A DNA stretch of 64,000 nt from Microcoleus sp. (lineage in GTDB: Bacteria; Cyanobacteriota; Cyanobacteriia; Cyanobacteriales; Microcoleaceae). The translations under genes and the position numbers were made by a program. The notes beneath the pieces are model-generated. The model searched no databases and was not told the origin of the DNA. It worked only from the letters and a program-made list of their open reading frames with translations. Below are positions 30,527-41,202 of this stretch, one piece after another (within the stretch, counting starts at the first letter, position 1; each line of letters begins with the position of its first letter). Where the stretch lies: assembly GCA_042408215.1 (NCBI GenBank), contig JAYFMW010000030.1, forward strand, positions 64,001 through 128,000. The letters run 5' to 3'.

Positions 30527-30709
30527 ATGTCTCATACAGATCCACACACCCAAGTTTACCAACAAGCTTTTTCTGTACCCACGAATATGGGTGCTATGAT
30601 TGGAACCGCTATAGGTGGCCCTATTGGTGGTACGGTTGGGGGCTTACTGGGAGCCGTAGTAGGCTTGTCTATTGCTTGGCATATCGGCTCTCACAATTCA
30701 CATCATTAA
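30527..30709 (+). CDS. Glycine-zipper microprotein with His-containing ends (60 aa)
   Basis: AGGAG RBS; GAMIGTAIGGPIGGTVGGLLGAVVG. Confidence 0.78.
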   Translation: MSHTDPHTQVYQQAFSVPTNMGAMIGTAIGGPIGGTVGGLLGAVVGLSIAWHIGSHNSHH

Positions 30710-30854
30710 TCTGATGAGTTGAGATTGTCGGACTTGATTGCTCGTAAGGGTGTGTTATCCTCATCTTAGATGATAGAAGGTAGCGCACTCTTATATAATC
30801 AAGTAAAGTGTTTTACCTGTCGCAAACACAAAAACTGAAAGGAATTTTATTGCT

Positions 30855-31838
30855 ATGTCTACTCCGACTGAAGGTAAGTGGTCTGAATTCGCTAAAGCTT
30901 TCAAAGATTTTTACAGTCGTAAAAAATTCAATTCAGCTTTTGAACTGGCTAAATCTAGTGGTCTTGAAAACTCTTATCTTAGTAAAATGAAGAACAATCC
31001 CATCTTGAACCCAACTGAAGCAACTATAGAAAAATTAGCTGAAGCTTTCGTTAAAAAAAATCAGTCTAATATAGAAAATGAAAAAAGAGAGATTAGAGAG
31101 TTTTTTCAAAAATGGAGAGAAAAACAATTATATAGGGAAAACCCTTCTTCTGAAATTAAATCCTGGGACTTAACGTTTATTGAAGTTGACACAAATAATT
31201 TATCAGATTTTCAAGAAAATCTCTTACCTGAGATCATGGCTAAACTTGAAAACGTGGGCAAAGGTATGATTATTGTTAAATACGTTAAAAAGGGTAGTAT
31301 TATTTTAGGCTTGGAAAGTTCTGATGAATCCTATCAATACATTTTAAACTGTTATCAACGAGGAGAATTAAGTGAGTTGTTGGGTTTTACAGTTTCAGAT
31401 TTACAACCTCAAGTAAGTCTCAATCAATGGTTTGACAATGCTTTTACCGCAGGTTGGCAAACTGCAACAGAATTATTAAATCCCCAACAGTTGCAAGCTA
31501 CCGCACGGACGCAAAAACTTGAACGGGGAAAATTAATTGATTTGCGCGCAGATTTGTTGAGTCATTCTGTCGTCTTACTGGTTAATTTAACCCGCGATAA
31601 TGATGATTCCTCTACTGTAGAAATAACTTTGCGGGTTTATCCAACTGGCGATGATGTCTATTTACCTCCTAGTTTAAAGCTGCTGGTTTTAAGTGAAGAC
31701 AATGAAGTGTTTGAAGAAGTGACAGCTAGAAGTGCTGATGTTTTCATGCGATGTCAATTTGAAGGGGAAGTAGGAGAAGAATTTTCAGTACAATTAGTTT
31801 TAGGGGATGTGGTAGTAACAGAAGATTTTGTCATTTAA
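30855..31838 (+). CDS. XRE-like HTH + middle domain + DUF1822 protein
   Basis: ELAKSSGLENSYLSKM...PTEATIEKLA; VSLNQWF...GWQ...VYLPPSLKLLVL...TEDFVI typical of DUF1822. Confidence 0.8.
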   Translation: MSTPTEGKWSEFAKAFKDFYSRKKFNSAFELAKSSGLENSYLSKMKNNPILNPTEATIEKLAEAFVKKNQSNIENEKREIREFFQKWREKQLYRENPSSEIKSWDLTFIEVDTNNLSDFQENLLPEIMAKLENVGKGMIIVKYVKKGSIILGLESSDESYQYILNCYQRGELSELLGFTVSDLQPQVSLNQWFDNAFTAGWQTATELLNPQQLQATARTQKLERGKLIDLRADLLSHSVVLLVNLTRDNDDSSTVEITLRVYPTGDDVYLPPSLKLLVLSEDNEVFEEVTARSADVFMRCQFEGEVGEEFSVQLVLGDVVVTEDFVI

Positions 31839-32114
31839 TCCAGATAGCTGTTGGGCATTTTTTACAATTTGTAAAGCTAGATACCCCTTGTATTATGAAT
31901 GTGGTATAATTTTCCTTGAAAAATATGATACAGGGCTTACGCACACCGAAGGCAGAAACCGAGGGCAGAAACCGGGTTTCTTCGTAGATATCTAGTTGGG
32001 AAACGAAGGATTTTCAGAGAAACCCGGTTTCTTTGCATAACTCCTAATGATAAATTTCAAACAAATTCAATATTGCTCCAGTTGGTAACAGAATTCATAA
32101 AATTAGGAGGGTTT

Positions 32115-35100
32115 ATGGAAAAGTTAGTTACTCTCAATATTAGTGGGGAATTTGACAAGGGTTTTGTCGTACAAGCAGAAGTGCGGGAAGATGGAGGAAC
32201 CACAAATTTTCAAGTCAATTTGGCGATCGCCGCTGCACCAGGGAAGTTACCCCCGCATCCTGAACTATTAGAACAGTACCGTCATTGGCAAAGCTTATAC
32301 AATAATTTAGAGGAATTTTTTCCGAATCGGTTAAAGAAGATAAATAATTCTACGAATGCTTCCGAGGATGAAGCTTTTAGCGCTTGTCGAAAAGCGGCTA
32401 AGTTATTAACAAAAACCCTGAATGATTGGTTGCTGCGATCGCCCGAGTTTAAACCCATAGAAAATTTACTGCGCGATCGTTTACAAGACTCTACTCACAC
32501 CAGAATTTTATTAGCTACAGAAAATCATTGGTTGCGGCGTTTACCTTGGTGTGAATGGAATTTATTGGAGCATATTCCTAATGCAGAAGTCGTTTTAGCT
32601 TCTCCTAAATTTAAACAAGTTAAAAGTTCAGGAAATTCAGAGAAAAAAGAGAAAGTCAAAATTTTAGTCATTTTGGGAGATAATGCGGGAACTGATGCGG
32701 ATGAAACTGTGATTCAGCAATTAATTCCAGATGCTGAAATTTGTTGGTTAAAAGAACCTCAACGGCGCGATCTAGATGAACCTTTATGGAAAAAAAGATG
32801 GGATATTTTATTTTTTGCAGGTCATGGAAAGACAGAGAATGATGGAAGTATTGGCAAGATTCAAATTAATTCTCAAGATACATTGACTATTGATGAAATT
32901 AAAAATCATCTCAAAAAAGCTATAAATAATGGTTTAAAGTTAGCGATTTTTAATGCTTGTGATGGGCTAGGGATTGCCTATCAATTAGCAGAAGGGGAAG
33001 ATTTACATTTGCCGCAAGTGATTGTGATGCGGGAGATTTTACCTGTAGCTTTAGCACCTAAGTTTCTCCAATATTTCCTGGAAGCTTATACTCACGGTTT
33101 ATCCCTATCTACCGCAATCCGTGACTGTCGAAAACAGTTACAAATCTTAGAAAGAGATGTTCCCTGCGTCAGTTGGTTGCCTGTTTTATGCCAAAATCCT
33201 GCCGAAATTCCGCTGCGTTGGCACGATTTAGTAATTCCCCCTAATCCTTATCAGGGTTTATCGGCTTTTCAGGAGAAAGATGCAGCCTTATTTTTTGGGC
33301 GAGAAACTTTTACCAATCAGCTTGTCAAAGTTGTAGAAACTAAAAAACTGGTAGCTGTTATTGGTGCTTCTGGAAGTGGGAAATCTTCCGTAGTATTGGC
33401 AGGTTTAATTCCTAGTTTGCGTCAGCAAGAAAACTGGTTAATTGCTAGTTTGCGCCCAGAATCTACTCCTTTTGATAATTTGGCGAAAGCGCTACTGTCA
33501 CCTGTGGTGCAATTAGAAACGGGTAAAAGTGAGGGAGTTACGGAGGTTAATGCCGATGAAATTAACCAACTGGCGACAGATTTGCAAGAAGGGAATCGCA
33601 CTTTATCTGATGTGGTAAAAAGCCTCGGTAGCAGTCGGCGTTTTCTGTTAGTAATTGACCAATTTGAGGAAATTTACACTTACCCGAATCAGAAAAATCG
33701 GCAATTTTTAGATTGTTTGTTGGATGCGGTGCAAAAGTTTTCTGCCTTCAGGTTGGTGATTACTCTGCGGGCTGATTTTTTGGGGCAGGCAATAGAATAT
33801 AATCCTTTTCGGGAACAGTTAGACAAATGGAAACCGGAATTTATTGGCGGGATGGCGAGAACCGAATTGCAAGCAGCAATTGAGGAACCTGCTAAGAAAC
33901 GAAATGTCTATCTGGAAGCGGGATTGACAGAACATATTCTCAATGATGTGGGTGATGAACAGGGTAATTTACCATTGTTGGAATTTGCGCTTACCCAACT
34001 TTGGAAAGTGCAGGAAAATGGTTTGCTGAATCGTCTGAAATATGATGAAATTGGTGGTGTAGAAAAGGCTCTTTGCCGACACGCAGAAGGGGTATATGAT
34101 GCGCTGAAAGAGGGGGATAAGGAACGGACAAAGCAGATTTTTATGAAGTTGGTGTCGCCGGGAGAAGGGACGGAATACACGCGCCAACTGGCGACTCGCG
34201 CTGAGGTGGGGGAAGAAAATTGGGATTTGATAACGCATTTGGCGACGGCGCGTTTGGTGGTGAGTAATCGCAATGAAATGACTGAGATAGAAACAGTGGA
34301 AATTGTGCATGAGGCTTTGATTAAAGCATGGCCTGATTTGAGGAAATGGATTGAGGAAAATGATGCTTTTTTGAGGTGGAAAAAGCGGTTAAAGGTGGCG
34401 TTTCTGGAATGGGAAAGGAATGAGAATAAGGAGGGTTATTTGTTGCAAGGCGCACCCTTGGGAGAGGCGGAGGGGTATTTGTTGCAACGGTTGGAGGATG
34501 TAAGTAAGGCGGAACGGGTATTTATTCAGTTGGGGTTGGGGTTGCGCGATCGCAATCGTCGCCGTACTATTTTAGGACTTACGAGTGGTTTATTAGCTGT
34601 TTCTATTTTTGCTGTGGGGGCGGTGTGGCAATGGCAACGGGCTGAATTTCAAACAGTACAAGTAGACAAACAACGACAAGAAGCTGACAAGCAGCGTATA
34701 AATGCGGAGTTAATAGCATCTAGTCTTCTGTCAGGTAATCTTTTTGACTCTAATAAACCACTTGAAGCACTGATAGAAGCGATTAAAGCGGGAAGACAAC
34801 TACAACAGACGGTTGTTGATGTAAAACCGGATATACGAAATCGAATTGTTCTCGCTTTACAGCAGACGGTCTATGGAGTGCGAGAGCGTAACCGTTTAGA
34901 AGGCAATAACAATGGTAACATCTTTTTGTTAAATTCTATTAAGACTGCGGCTTTCAGTCCTGACGGTAAAATAATAGTCACGATTGGAGATCAGATCAAC
35001 ATTTGGAACCGTGCAGGTACTTGGCTCAAGACATTTGATCGGGATGCTTCTTCTAATAATATTTCCTTTCATAAAGCTAGTTTTAGTCCTGACGGTAAGA

Positions 35101-38100
35101 TGATTGCTGTGGGTGTAACTATCAATCCTAACAAAACTGATCCTTTAAACTTTGCTGGTATCATCAATGCAGTACAAATCTGGAGTATTGATGGCAAATT
35201 ACTGAAAACCATCAAAGCGCACAGCAATTTTGTAAATGCCGTAAAGTTTAGTCCCGACGGCAAGATAATTGCCTCATCTAGTTCTGATAAAACTGTCAAA
35301 CTTTGGAGTCTCGACGGTCGTCTATTAAGAACGCTTCAACATAGCGGTATTGTTAAGGATATGAGTTTTAGTCCCGATGGTCAGACTATCATAGCTGCTG
35401 ATTATGAAACTGTCAAACTTTGGGGTATAGATGGTAGAGAAATCAAAAATCTTCAACAACATAGCAGTTGGATCGGTAGCGTAAGTTTTAGCCCTGACGG
35501 TCAGATGATTGCTTCGATGAGTCCTCCTGATGGTGTAGTTAAACTTTGGAGTATCAACGGCACAGAAATCAAAACTCTTAAAGCACATGACTCCAGTTTT
35601 TTCGGTAGTCTGAGCTTCAGTCCAGATGGTAAGACGATAGCTTCTACTGGTGATACAATTGTCAAGTTATGGAGCCGTGAAGGTACTTTACTCGACACTC
35701 TGGAAGGACATAATTTTTCAATAGGAGATGTAAGCTTCAGTCCAGACGGTAAGACGATCGCTTCAGGTAGTCTTGATGGGACTGCCAAACTATGGAACCG
35801 TGAAACTATCAAACCTCCAACTATTTCCTCTAGTGCTAATAGCTTTAGTTTTAGCCCAGATAGCAAAACAATTGCTTTGGCAAAAGGTAAAGATGTGAAA
35901 CTATACAGCCACGATGGTACTTTACTGAAAACTATAGAAGCCCATACCAATACTAAGGATGTCATCTTTAGTCCAGATGGGAAAACTATCGTTTCAATTG
36001 GTGGTTTTAATGCTGACAGAGAAACTCTTAGGTCTTTGGTTTCCTCAAAGCCTGGGACATTGAATAATAAAGAGGGGATTTTGGATTTTGGTATGCAGCA
36101 GTTTGAAAATCAGAAGTCCCGCGAAAGGACTATCAAGCTATGGAGCCTTGATGGTCGCTTGCTAAAAACCATTGATGCGACAAATCAGTATATTCAGCAC
36201 CAAGGACATAAATCAGCATTAACGAGCGTAATTTTCGGTCAAGACGGTAAGACAATTGCTTCAAGCAGTTGGGATAATAGTGCAAAGGTTTGGAGCCTTG
36301 AGGGTAGTTACGGTACTTTTGTTGGAAGTTTGGAATATAACGATTTAGTTTGGAGTATTAGTGAGAGCCGTGACGGTAAATCTATCATTGTTGCTCACGG
36401 AAATGAGATAACACTGCTCAGGAATGATATCAAAAAAACTTCAGTATTAAAGGGGCATAGTAATACTATATTTCGTGTCATTTTCAGTCCTGATGGACAG
36501 ACAATTGCTTCAGCTAGTTTAGATGGAACAGTTAAACTATGGAATTTAGATGGCAAAGAACTCAAAACCTTGAAGCATGATAATGGAGTCACCGATGTCA
36601 GTTTTAGCCCCGATGGTAAAACGATTTTAACCGCAGGTATGGATGGCTTAAGACTCTGGAATTTGTCAGGACAGCGCCTATCTCAATTTGGAGGAAGAGC
36701 CCAAAAGTCCGAAGAATTTAGTGGTGTAGGTTTCAATATTGAATTCAATGAAAATACAAAAATTTTAACTGTTGTAAAGGTACTTGAAAATTCACCCGCC
36801 AAAAAAGCAGGTATAAAAGTAGGCGACCAAATTTTAGCAATTGATGGAAATCCCACTACAGACATGAGTCTTGACGAAAACATAAATCTTCTTCGAGGTG
36901 AGGCAGGCACAAAGGTTGTTTTGAAGATTATTCGGCAAGGAAATGATGCTTTTGATATAACCATTACCAGAGATATAATTAAAACCACTGAGAGTGGAGA
37001 TATTCGTTATACAACTGCAAAATTCAGTCCTGATGGTCAGATAATTGCTGCGGGTAGTGGGTTTGAGAAAGGGACAATTAAACTCTGGAGTCGTGATGGT
37101 CGCCTACTTAAAACTCTCACAGGACACAATGATCTGGTTTGGGACGTAAGTTTTAGTCCTAACGGTAAAATACTTGCCTCTGCCAGTCAAGACAAAACAG
37201 TAAAACTCTGGAGTCTTGACGATGGTAAAGAACTCAAAACCTTAAATGGGCATAGCGATCATGTTTTTGCTGTTAGTTTCAGCCCTGATGGACAAATGTT
37301 GGCATCAGCAGGTAAAGATGGTATTGTCAGAGTCTGGAGAATTGATGGCACTTTAGTTAAACCGCTATTGGGTAATCATCGTACTTTCATTATGGGCAAC
37401 CCCAATAGCATCAGTTTTAGTCCTGATGGTAAGACATTAGCTTTAGCCAATGAAGAGGAAGTTCAACTATGGAACCCTCAAGGTACTTTACTCAAAATTT
37501 CCAGATCCGGTATTAGGGCGTGGTTTGCTCCCGATGGAAATGTACTTACTTCAGGTGGTGATAGTGATGGACATGGTTGGAATGTTAACAAGGTGAGTTT
37601 TAGTCCTGATGGTAAGATACTTGCTTCAGCCAGTTCTAACAACGAGATAAAACTCTGGAACCCTGATGGTTCTTTACTCAAAACCCTTGAAGGACATACT
37701 AACGGAGTTGAGGACGTGAGTTTTAGTCCCGATGGCAAGATTTTAGCCTCAGCCAGCAAGGATCAGACCGTGAGACTCTGGAACCTTAAGGATAAATCGC
37801 ATAAAATCCTGCGCGGACACAACAGTTTTGTCAATAGCGTGAGTTTCAGCAGTAGTGGTTTGTTGGCTTCTGGCAGTATGGATAAAACGCTTAAACTTTG
37901 GCTTAGTGATGGTACTTTACTCAAAACTTTCAATATGGATTCGTTCACTATGGCAAAGTTCAGTCCTGACGGAAAAACTCTAGCTGTTGGTTCTGACAAA
38001 GTGACTTTGTGGAATTTCGATCTTGATGATCTGATGGTACGGGGTTGCGATTGGGCGCGTGACTATCTGAAAACTAACCCCAATGTGAAGGAGAGCGATC

Positions 38101-38135
38101 GCGCTCTTTGTGACGGAATTAATCAAAGCAAATAA
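32115..38135 (+). CDS. CHAT protease + STAND NTPase (nSTAND1-like) + TM + WD40 repeats with an inserted PDZ domain
   Basis: AGGAGG RBS; FFAGHG and IFNACDGL catalytic dyad; NPYQGL..F...FFGRE, GASGSGKSS, IDQFEE, LPLLEFAL, VHEAL; many SFSPDG WD repeats; PDZ at ~36710-36980. Confidence 0.92.
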   Translation: MEKLVTLNISGEFDKGFVVQAEVREDGGTTNFQVNLAIAAAPGKLPPHPELLEQYRHWQSLYNNLEEFFPNRLKKINNSTNASEDEAFSACRKAAKLLTKTLNDWLLRSPEFKPIENLLRDRLQDSTHTRILLATENHWLRRLPWCEWNLLEHIPNAEVVLASPKFKQVKSSGNSEKKEKVKILVILGDNAGTDADETVIQQLIPDAEICWLKEPQRRDLDEPLWKKRWDILFFAGHGKTENDGSIGKIQINSQDTLTIDEIKNHLKKAINNGLKLAIFNACDGLGIAYQLAEGEDLHLPQVIVMREILPVALAPKFLQYFLEAYTHGLSLSTAIRDCRKQLQILERDVPCVSWLPVLCQNPAEIPLRWHDLVIPPNPYQGLSAFQEKDAALFFGRETFTNQLVKVVETKKLVAVIGASGSGKSSVVLAGLIPSLRQQENWLIASLRPESTPFDNLAKALLSPVVQLETGKSEGVTEVNADEINQLATDLQEGNRTLSDVVKSLGSSRRFLLVIDQFEEIYTYPNQKNRQFLDCLLDAVQKFSAFRLVITLRADFLGQAIEYNPFREQLDKWKPEFIGGMARTELQAAIEEPAKKRNVYLEAGLTEHILNDVGDEQGNLPLLEFALTQLWKVQENGLLNRLKYDEIGGVEKALCRHAEGVYDALKEGDKERTKQIFMKLVSPGEGTEYTRQLATRAEVGEENWDLITHLATARLVVSNRNEMTEIETVEIVHEALIKAWPDLRKWIEENDAFLRWKKRLKVAFLEWERNENKEGYLLQGAPLGEAEGYLLQRLEDVSKAERVFIQLGLGLRDRNRRRTILGLTSGLLAVSIFAVGAVWQWQRAEFQTVQVDKQRQEADKQRINAELIASSLLSGNLFDSNKPLEALIEAIKAGRQLQQTVVDVKPDIRNRIVLALQQTVYGVRERNRLEGNNNGNIFLLNSIKTAAFSPDGKIIVTIGDQINIWNRAGTWLKTFDRDASSNNISFHKASFSPDGKMIAVGVTINPNKTDPLNFAGIINAVQIWSIDGKLLKTIKAHSNFVNAVKFSPDGKIIASSSSDKTVKLWSLDGRLLRTLQHSGIVKDMSFSPDGQTIIAADYETVKLWGIDGREIKNLQQHSSWIGSVSFSPDGQMIASMSPPDGVVKLWSINGTEIKTLKAHDSSFFGSLSFSPDGKTIASTGDTIVKLWSREGTLLDTLEGHNFSIGDVSFSPDGKTIASGSLDGTAKLWNRETIKPPTISSSANSFSFSPDSKTIALAKGKDVKLYSHDGTLLKTIEAHTNTKDVIFSPDGKTIVSIGGFNADRETLRSLVSSKPGTLNNKEGILDFGMQQFENQKSRERTIKLWSLDGRLLKTIDATNQYIQHQGHKSALTSVIFGQDGKTIASSSWDNSAKVWSLEGSYGTFVGSLEYNDLVWSISESRDGKSIIVAHGNEITLLRNDIKKTSVLKGHSNTIFRVIFSPDGQTIASASLDGTVKLWNLDGKELKTLKHDNGVTDVSFSPDGKTILTAGMDGLRLWNLSGQRLSQFGGRAQKSEEFSGVGFNIEFNENTKILTVVKVLENSPAKKAGIKVGDQILAIDGNPTTDMSLDENINLLRGEAGTKVVLKIIRQGNDAFDITITRDIIKTTESGDIRYTTAKFSPDGQIIAAGSGFEKGTIKLWSRDGRLLKTLTGHNDLVWDVSFSPNGKILASASQDKTVKLWSLDDGKELKTLNGHSDHVFAVSFSPDGQMLASAGKDGIVRVWRIDGTLVKPLLGNHRTFIMGNPNSISFSPDGKTLALANEEEVQLWNPQGTLLKISRSGIRAWFAPDGNVLTSGGDSDGHGWNVNKVSFSPDGKILASASSNNEIKLWNPDGSLLKTLEGHTNGVEDVSFSPDGKILASASKDQTVRLWNLKDKSHKILRGHNSFVNSVSFSSSGLLASGSMDKTLKLWLSDGTLLKTFNMDSFTMAKFSPDGKTLAVGSDKVTLWNFDLDDLMVRGCDWARDYLKTNPNVKESDRALCDGINQSK

Positions 38136-38305
38136 AATAGCAAATAAAAATGAATTATTAGCGACAGGGTGCGATCGGTTAAAAGATTATTTCGTTACTC
38201 GTCCAGAGGAAAAACAAAAATTAAAGGTGTGTCAAGATCATCCCAAGTCTAAATAAATTAAGACTTACGCAGGGCCAAAGAAACCGGGTTTCTCACATTA
38301 ATTTA

Positions 38306-39807
38306 CTGGAGTTTAGACTAAAAAAGAGAGAACGGTGGCAAAAGAAGAACTAGAGCCACCGTTAAGGAGAGAATGAGGGTGAAAAATAAAACCCATCCAC
38401 TCCCTAAATGAACAGTGAACGATTAAAGGACTTTCGTCAAGCAGCATACGAGTTATTGGTGCGAGCGAAGGATGCAACATTCGAGCTGATAGATGCAGTG
38501 ATGACCACGCCCGAATGCGTCATGTTTAGCGGAATTTTCGCGAGCGTCCGTTATTCAGTCGTCAATGGTCAAGCATATACGAAGCCTTACAAGACAGTAG
38601 GCCAGACCGGAGAAAACTAATGGAGTTGTATATTAAGCAATTAGAGCAGGAAGCACCTGCAATGGAACATATGTTAGTAGCAATCGACCATACCGCATGG
38701 GGGAGACCAGATGCTAAAACATTAAAAGACAGAACCCATGAATATCAGGGGGGCGTAATTATTGGACAAGGATACAGCACAATTGCGTGGATACCCGAAG
38801 CAGAAGGAAGTTGGGCACTACCGTTGCTGCACGAACGGATTAGCAGTGCACAATCCCCAATACAAAAAGCGGCAACACAACTGAAGCTGGTCTGCCAACA
38901 GAGCGTCAATCCAGTATTAGCAGTTTTAGACGCCCGAATATGGCAATGCCAGTTGGGTACTAGCGATAGCAGATATTGAAGCTGATTGTTTAATGAGAGT
39001 CCGAAGCAATGCCTGCTTGTGGTCAGCACCACCAGCCTATAGTGGTCGCGGCAGACCACGGAAACACGGGTCCAAAATCAAGCTCAACGACCCAACCACA
39101 TGGCTCGAAGCGGATACTGTGATTGAAATTGACGAACATCCGCAGTTGGGACAAGTCCGAGTTAGGCAATGGCTTGACTTACATTTTTATCGTGCTGCAG
39201 GACATTCGTGTCAATTTAATCCTTGTGGAAAGAATGAATCTCATGTCAAGCGGTCAGCCGTTTCCACCCTTGTGGTTGGCTTGGGTCGGAGAGCGCACTC
39301 TACCCAAGCGAAACTGTGCCGGTTTAAGTATTTACGACGTTTTGGAGTGGATCATTGGTATAGATTTGCTAAGCAACGATTACATTGGACATTACCTAAC
39401 TTAAGAACTCCCGAACAATCAGAGCGGTGGAGCGATTTAATGCCGTTGATGAGTTGGCAACTCTGGCTGGCTAAGGACTTAGTGGTCGAGAATCGACTGC
39501 CTTGGCAATCTGAAGCGTATCAATTTAACTCCTGGACGTGTTGCCCAATCAATGTTGTCGATTTTAGTTGACATTGGTACTCCGGCTCAACTGCCTAAAC
39601 ATAGGGGAAAATCCCCTGGTTGGGAAAAAGGAAAGGCACGTACTAAAGCACCGTACTATCCCACTGTTAAAAAACGGGTTTCTCGACGCAAAAAATCTTC
39701 AAAATTAGCTGTTTAATCTTCTACCTCTTGAGTTGTTGAGTAACAGCTTGCCTTCTAGTAAAAGGCAGCTACTTTTAGCTGCGGCCATTGTTTAGTCTAA
39801 ACTCCAG
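38306..39807 (+). mobile_element. IS with DDE transposase (IS701/IS4-like, NF041680-type), multiply frameshifted
   Basis: TIR CTGGAGTTTAGACTAAA; 7-bp TSD TAATTTA (38299-38305, 39808-39814); fragments 38408-39714 homologous to 57714-59021. Confidence 0.88.
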
Positions 39808-39811
39808 TAAT

Positions 39812-40411
39812 TTATTTAATCACCCGAAAAGTTAGATTAATTCTGGGCTGAGTTGATTTAGCCGTTTTCGGGACATGATGCTGCCAAAACTTCTGAGTAC
39901 CACTCCCCATCACCAAAAAATCACCATCACTTAAATTCAGTTCAATTTTGTTTTGATGATCGTCCCTACGTCTAAAAATAAACCGCCTGGTTTCTCCCAA
40001 ACTCAGAGAACCAATTACCGTACCTTTGGCTAAGTCCTTTTCATCATCACTATGCCAGCCGATATAATCTTGACCATTGCGATATAAATTCAGCAGAACT
40101 CCATTAAACTGAGTATTAACTAAAGGCTCGATTTTTTCTTTGATTTGTAATAGCGGTTCATTCCAGGGTAAGGGCTGCATGGTCACACCGGAATAGGTAT
40201 AAGCCTGAGTTCCATAATAAGCGGTTAACCGAGGCTGAAGCACCGATTTGCCAAAGATTTTTATCGGTTCTTCTTTCCAGGCTATTTGATTCAATAATTC
40301 GGTAAAGAGTTGGTGACTTTCTGGAGGTTGAAATAGGCCGGGATAGAAAATTACTTCGGCATTATTCAGTTCTAGGTTTTGCTCCTGGGGATTTGAATTG
40401 ATATTAGGCAT
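39812..40411 (-). CDS. alkB: AlkB-family 2OG-Fe(II) dioxygenase (ALKBH2/3-like)
   Basis: LLNLYRNGQDYIGWHSDDE, HHVPK, RINLTFR. Confidence 0.9.
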   Translation of the reverse strand: MPNINSNPQEQNLELNNAEVIFYPGLFQPPESHQLFTELLNQIAWKEEPIKIFGKSVLQPRLTAYYGTQAYTYSGVTMQPLPWNEPLLQIKEKIEPLVNTQFNGVLLNLYRNGQDYIGWHSDDEKDLAKGTVIGSLSLGETRRFIFRRRDDHQNKIELNLSDGDFLVMGSGTQKFWQHHVPKTAKSTQPRINLTFRVIK

Positions 40412-40673
40412 GGGATTATCCTTAGAAACCGGGTTTCTTGAAGAAACCCGGTTTTCTGTAAATCATCAATCAGCTATATCTATATTATAGTATTAATTGG
40501 CTAAAATGACAATGATTTCATCACTTCCACTATCGGGCTAATCAGCTTCCAAGTGGCTACCCCAAAATCAGGGAATGAAAGTCAATCTAAAATCTAAAAT
40601 TGCGAAGCATTGCGAGCGCAGCGCGGCAACCTCTAAAATCGATTGACTGGCTAATAAATGACCTTTTGGCAGA

Positions 40674-40937
40674 ATGAATAAAATAACCTTTCAGTGGGAT
40701 GAGCAAAAAAACAAAATTAATCAACAAATGGAACCGGAATACGATCTTTCAAAAATGAAAAAAAGATTTAATCCTTTTGCCAAACAGTTAAAAAAACAGA
40801 TCGCTATTTCTCTGGGAATTGATGTGATTGAATATTTTGAAACGATGGCTCAGGAAAAAGGTATATCTTCTCAGGAACTAATTAATCTTTATTTGCAAGA
40901 TTGTGTTGTTTCTAAGCGTAAATTATCTCTGAATTAG
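40674..40937 (+). CDS. BrnA/CopG-like antitoxin fused to the first ~17 codons of a BrnT-like toxin
   Basis: ITFQWDEQKNKIN (BrnT-like start) joined to MEPEYDLSKM..NPFAKQLKKQI...LINLYLQDC. Confidence 0.65.
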   Translation: MNKITFQWDEQKNKINQQMEPEYDLSKMKKRFNPFAKQLKKQIAISLGIDVIEYFETMAQEKGISSQELINLYLQDCVVSKRKLSLN

Positions 40938-41012
40938 CCGAAAATATAGGCGATCGCGGATGCTAAGGTGGGTTTGCACGTCGTCTGGATAACCGACGAA
41001 CTCCTCTAAGGG

Positions 41013-41177
41013 AAGAAACCGGGTTTCTGCTCAGGGACTTTTGGGGAAAACCAGATATCTCCAGAAACCCGGTTTCTCAAGGAAACGCGATCGCGCTTTT
41101 TTCCCAAGACAAGAAACCGGGTTTCTAGTTAGGGACTGTTGGGGAAAACTAAATATCTTTAAGAAACCCGGTTTCTG
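41013..41177. repeat. Tandem AGAAACCGGGTTTCT...GAAACCCGGTTTCT palindromic elements; others at ~29535, ~31966, ~38279, ~40424, ~57294
   Basis: Directly visible dispersed REP-like repeats. Confidence 0.8.
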
Positions 41178-41202
41178 ACTCAATGGAAGTGCGATCGCTT
41201 TT

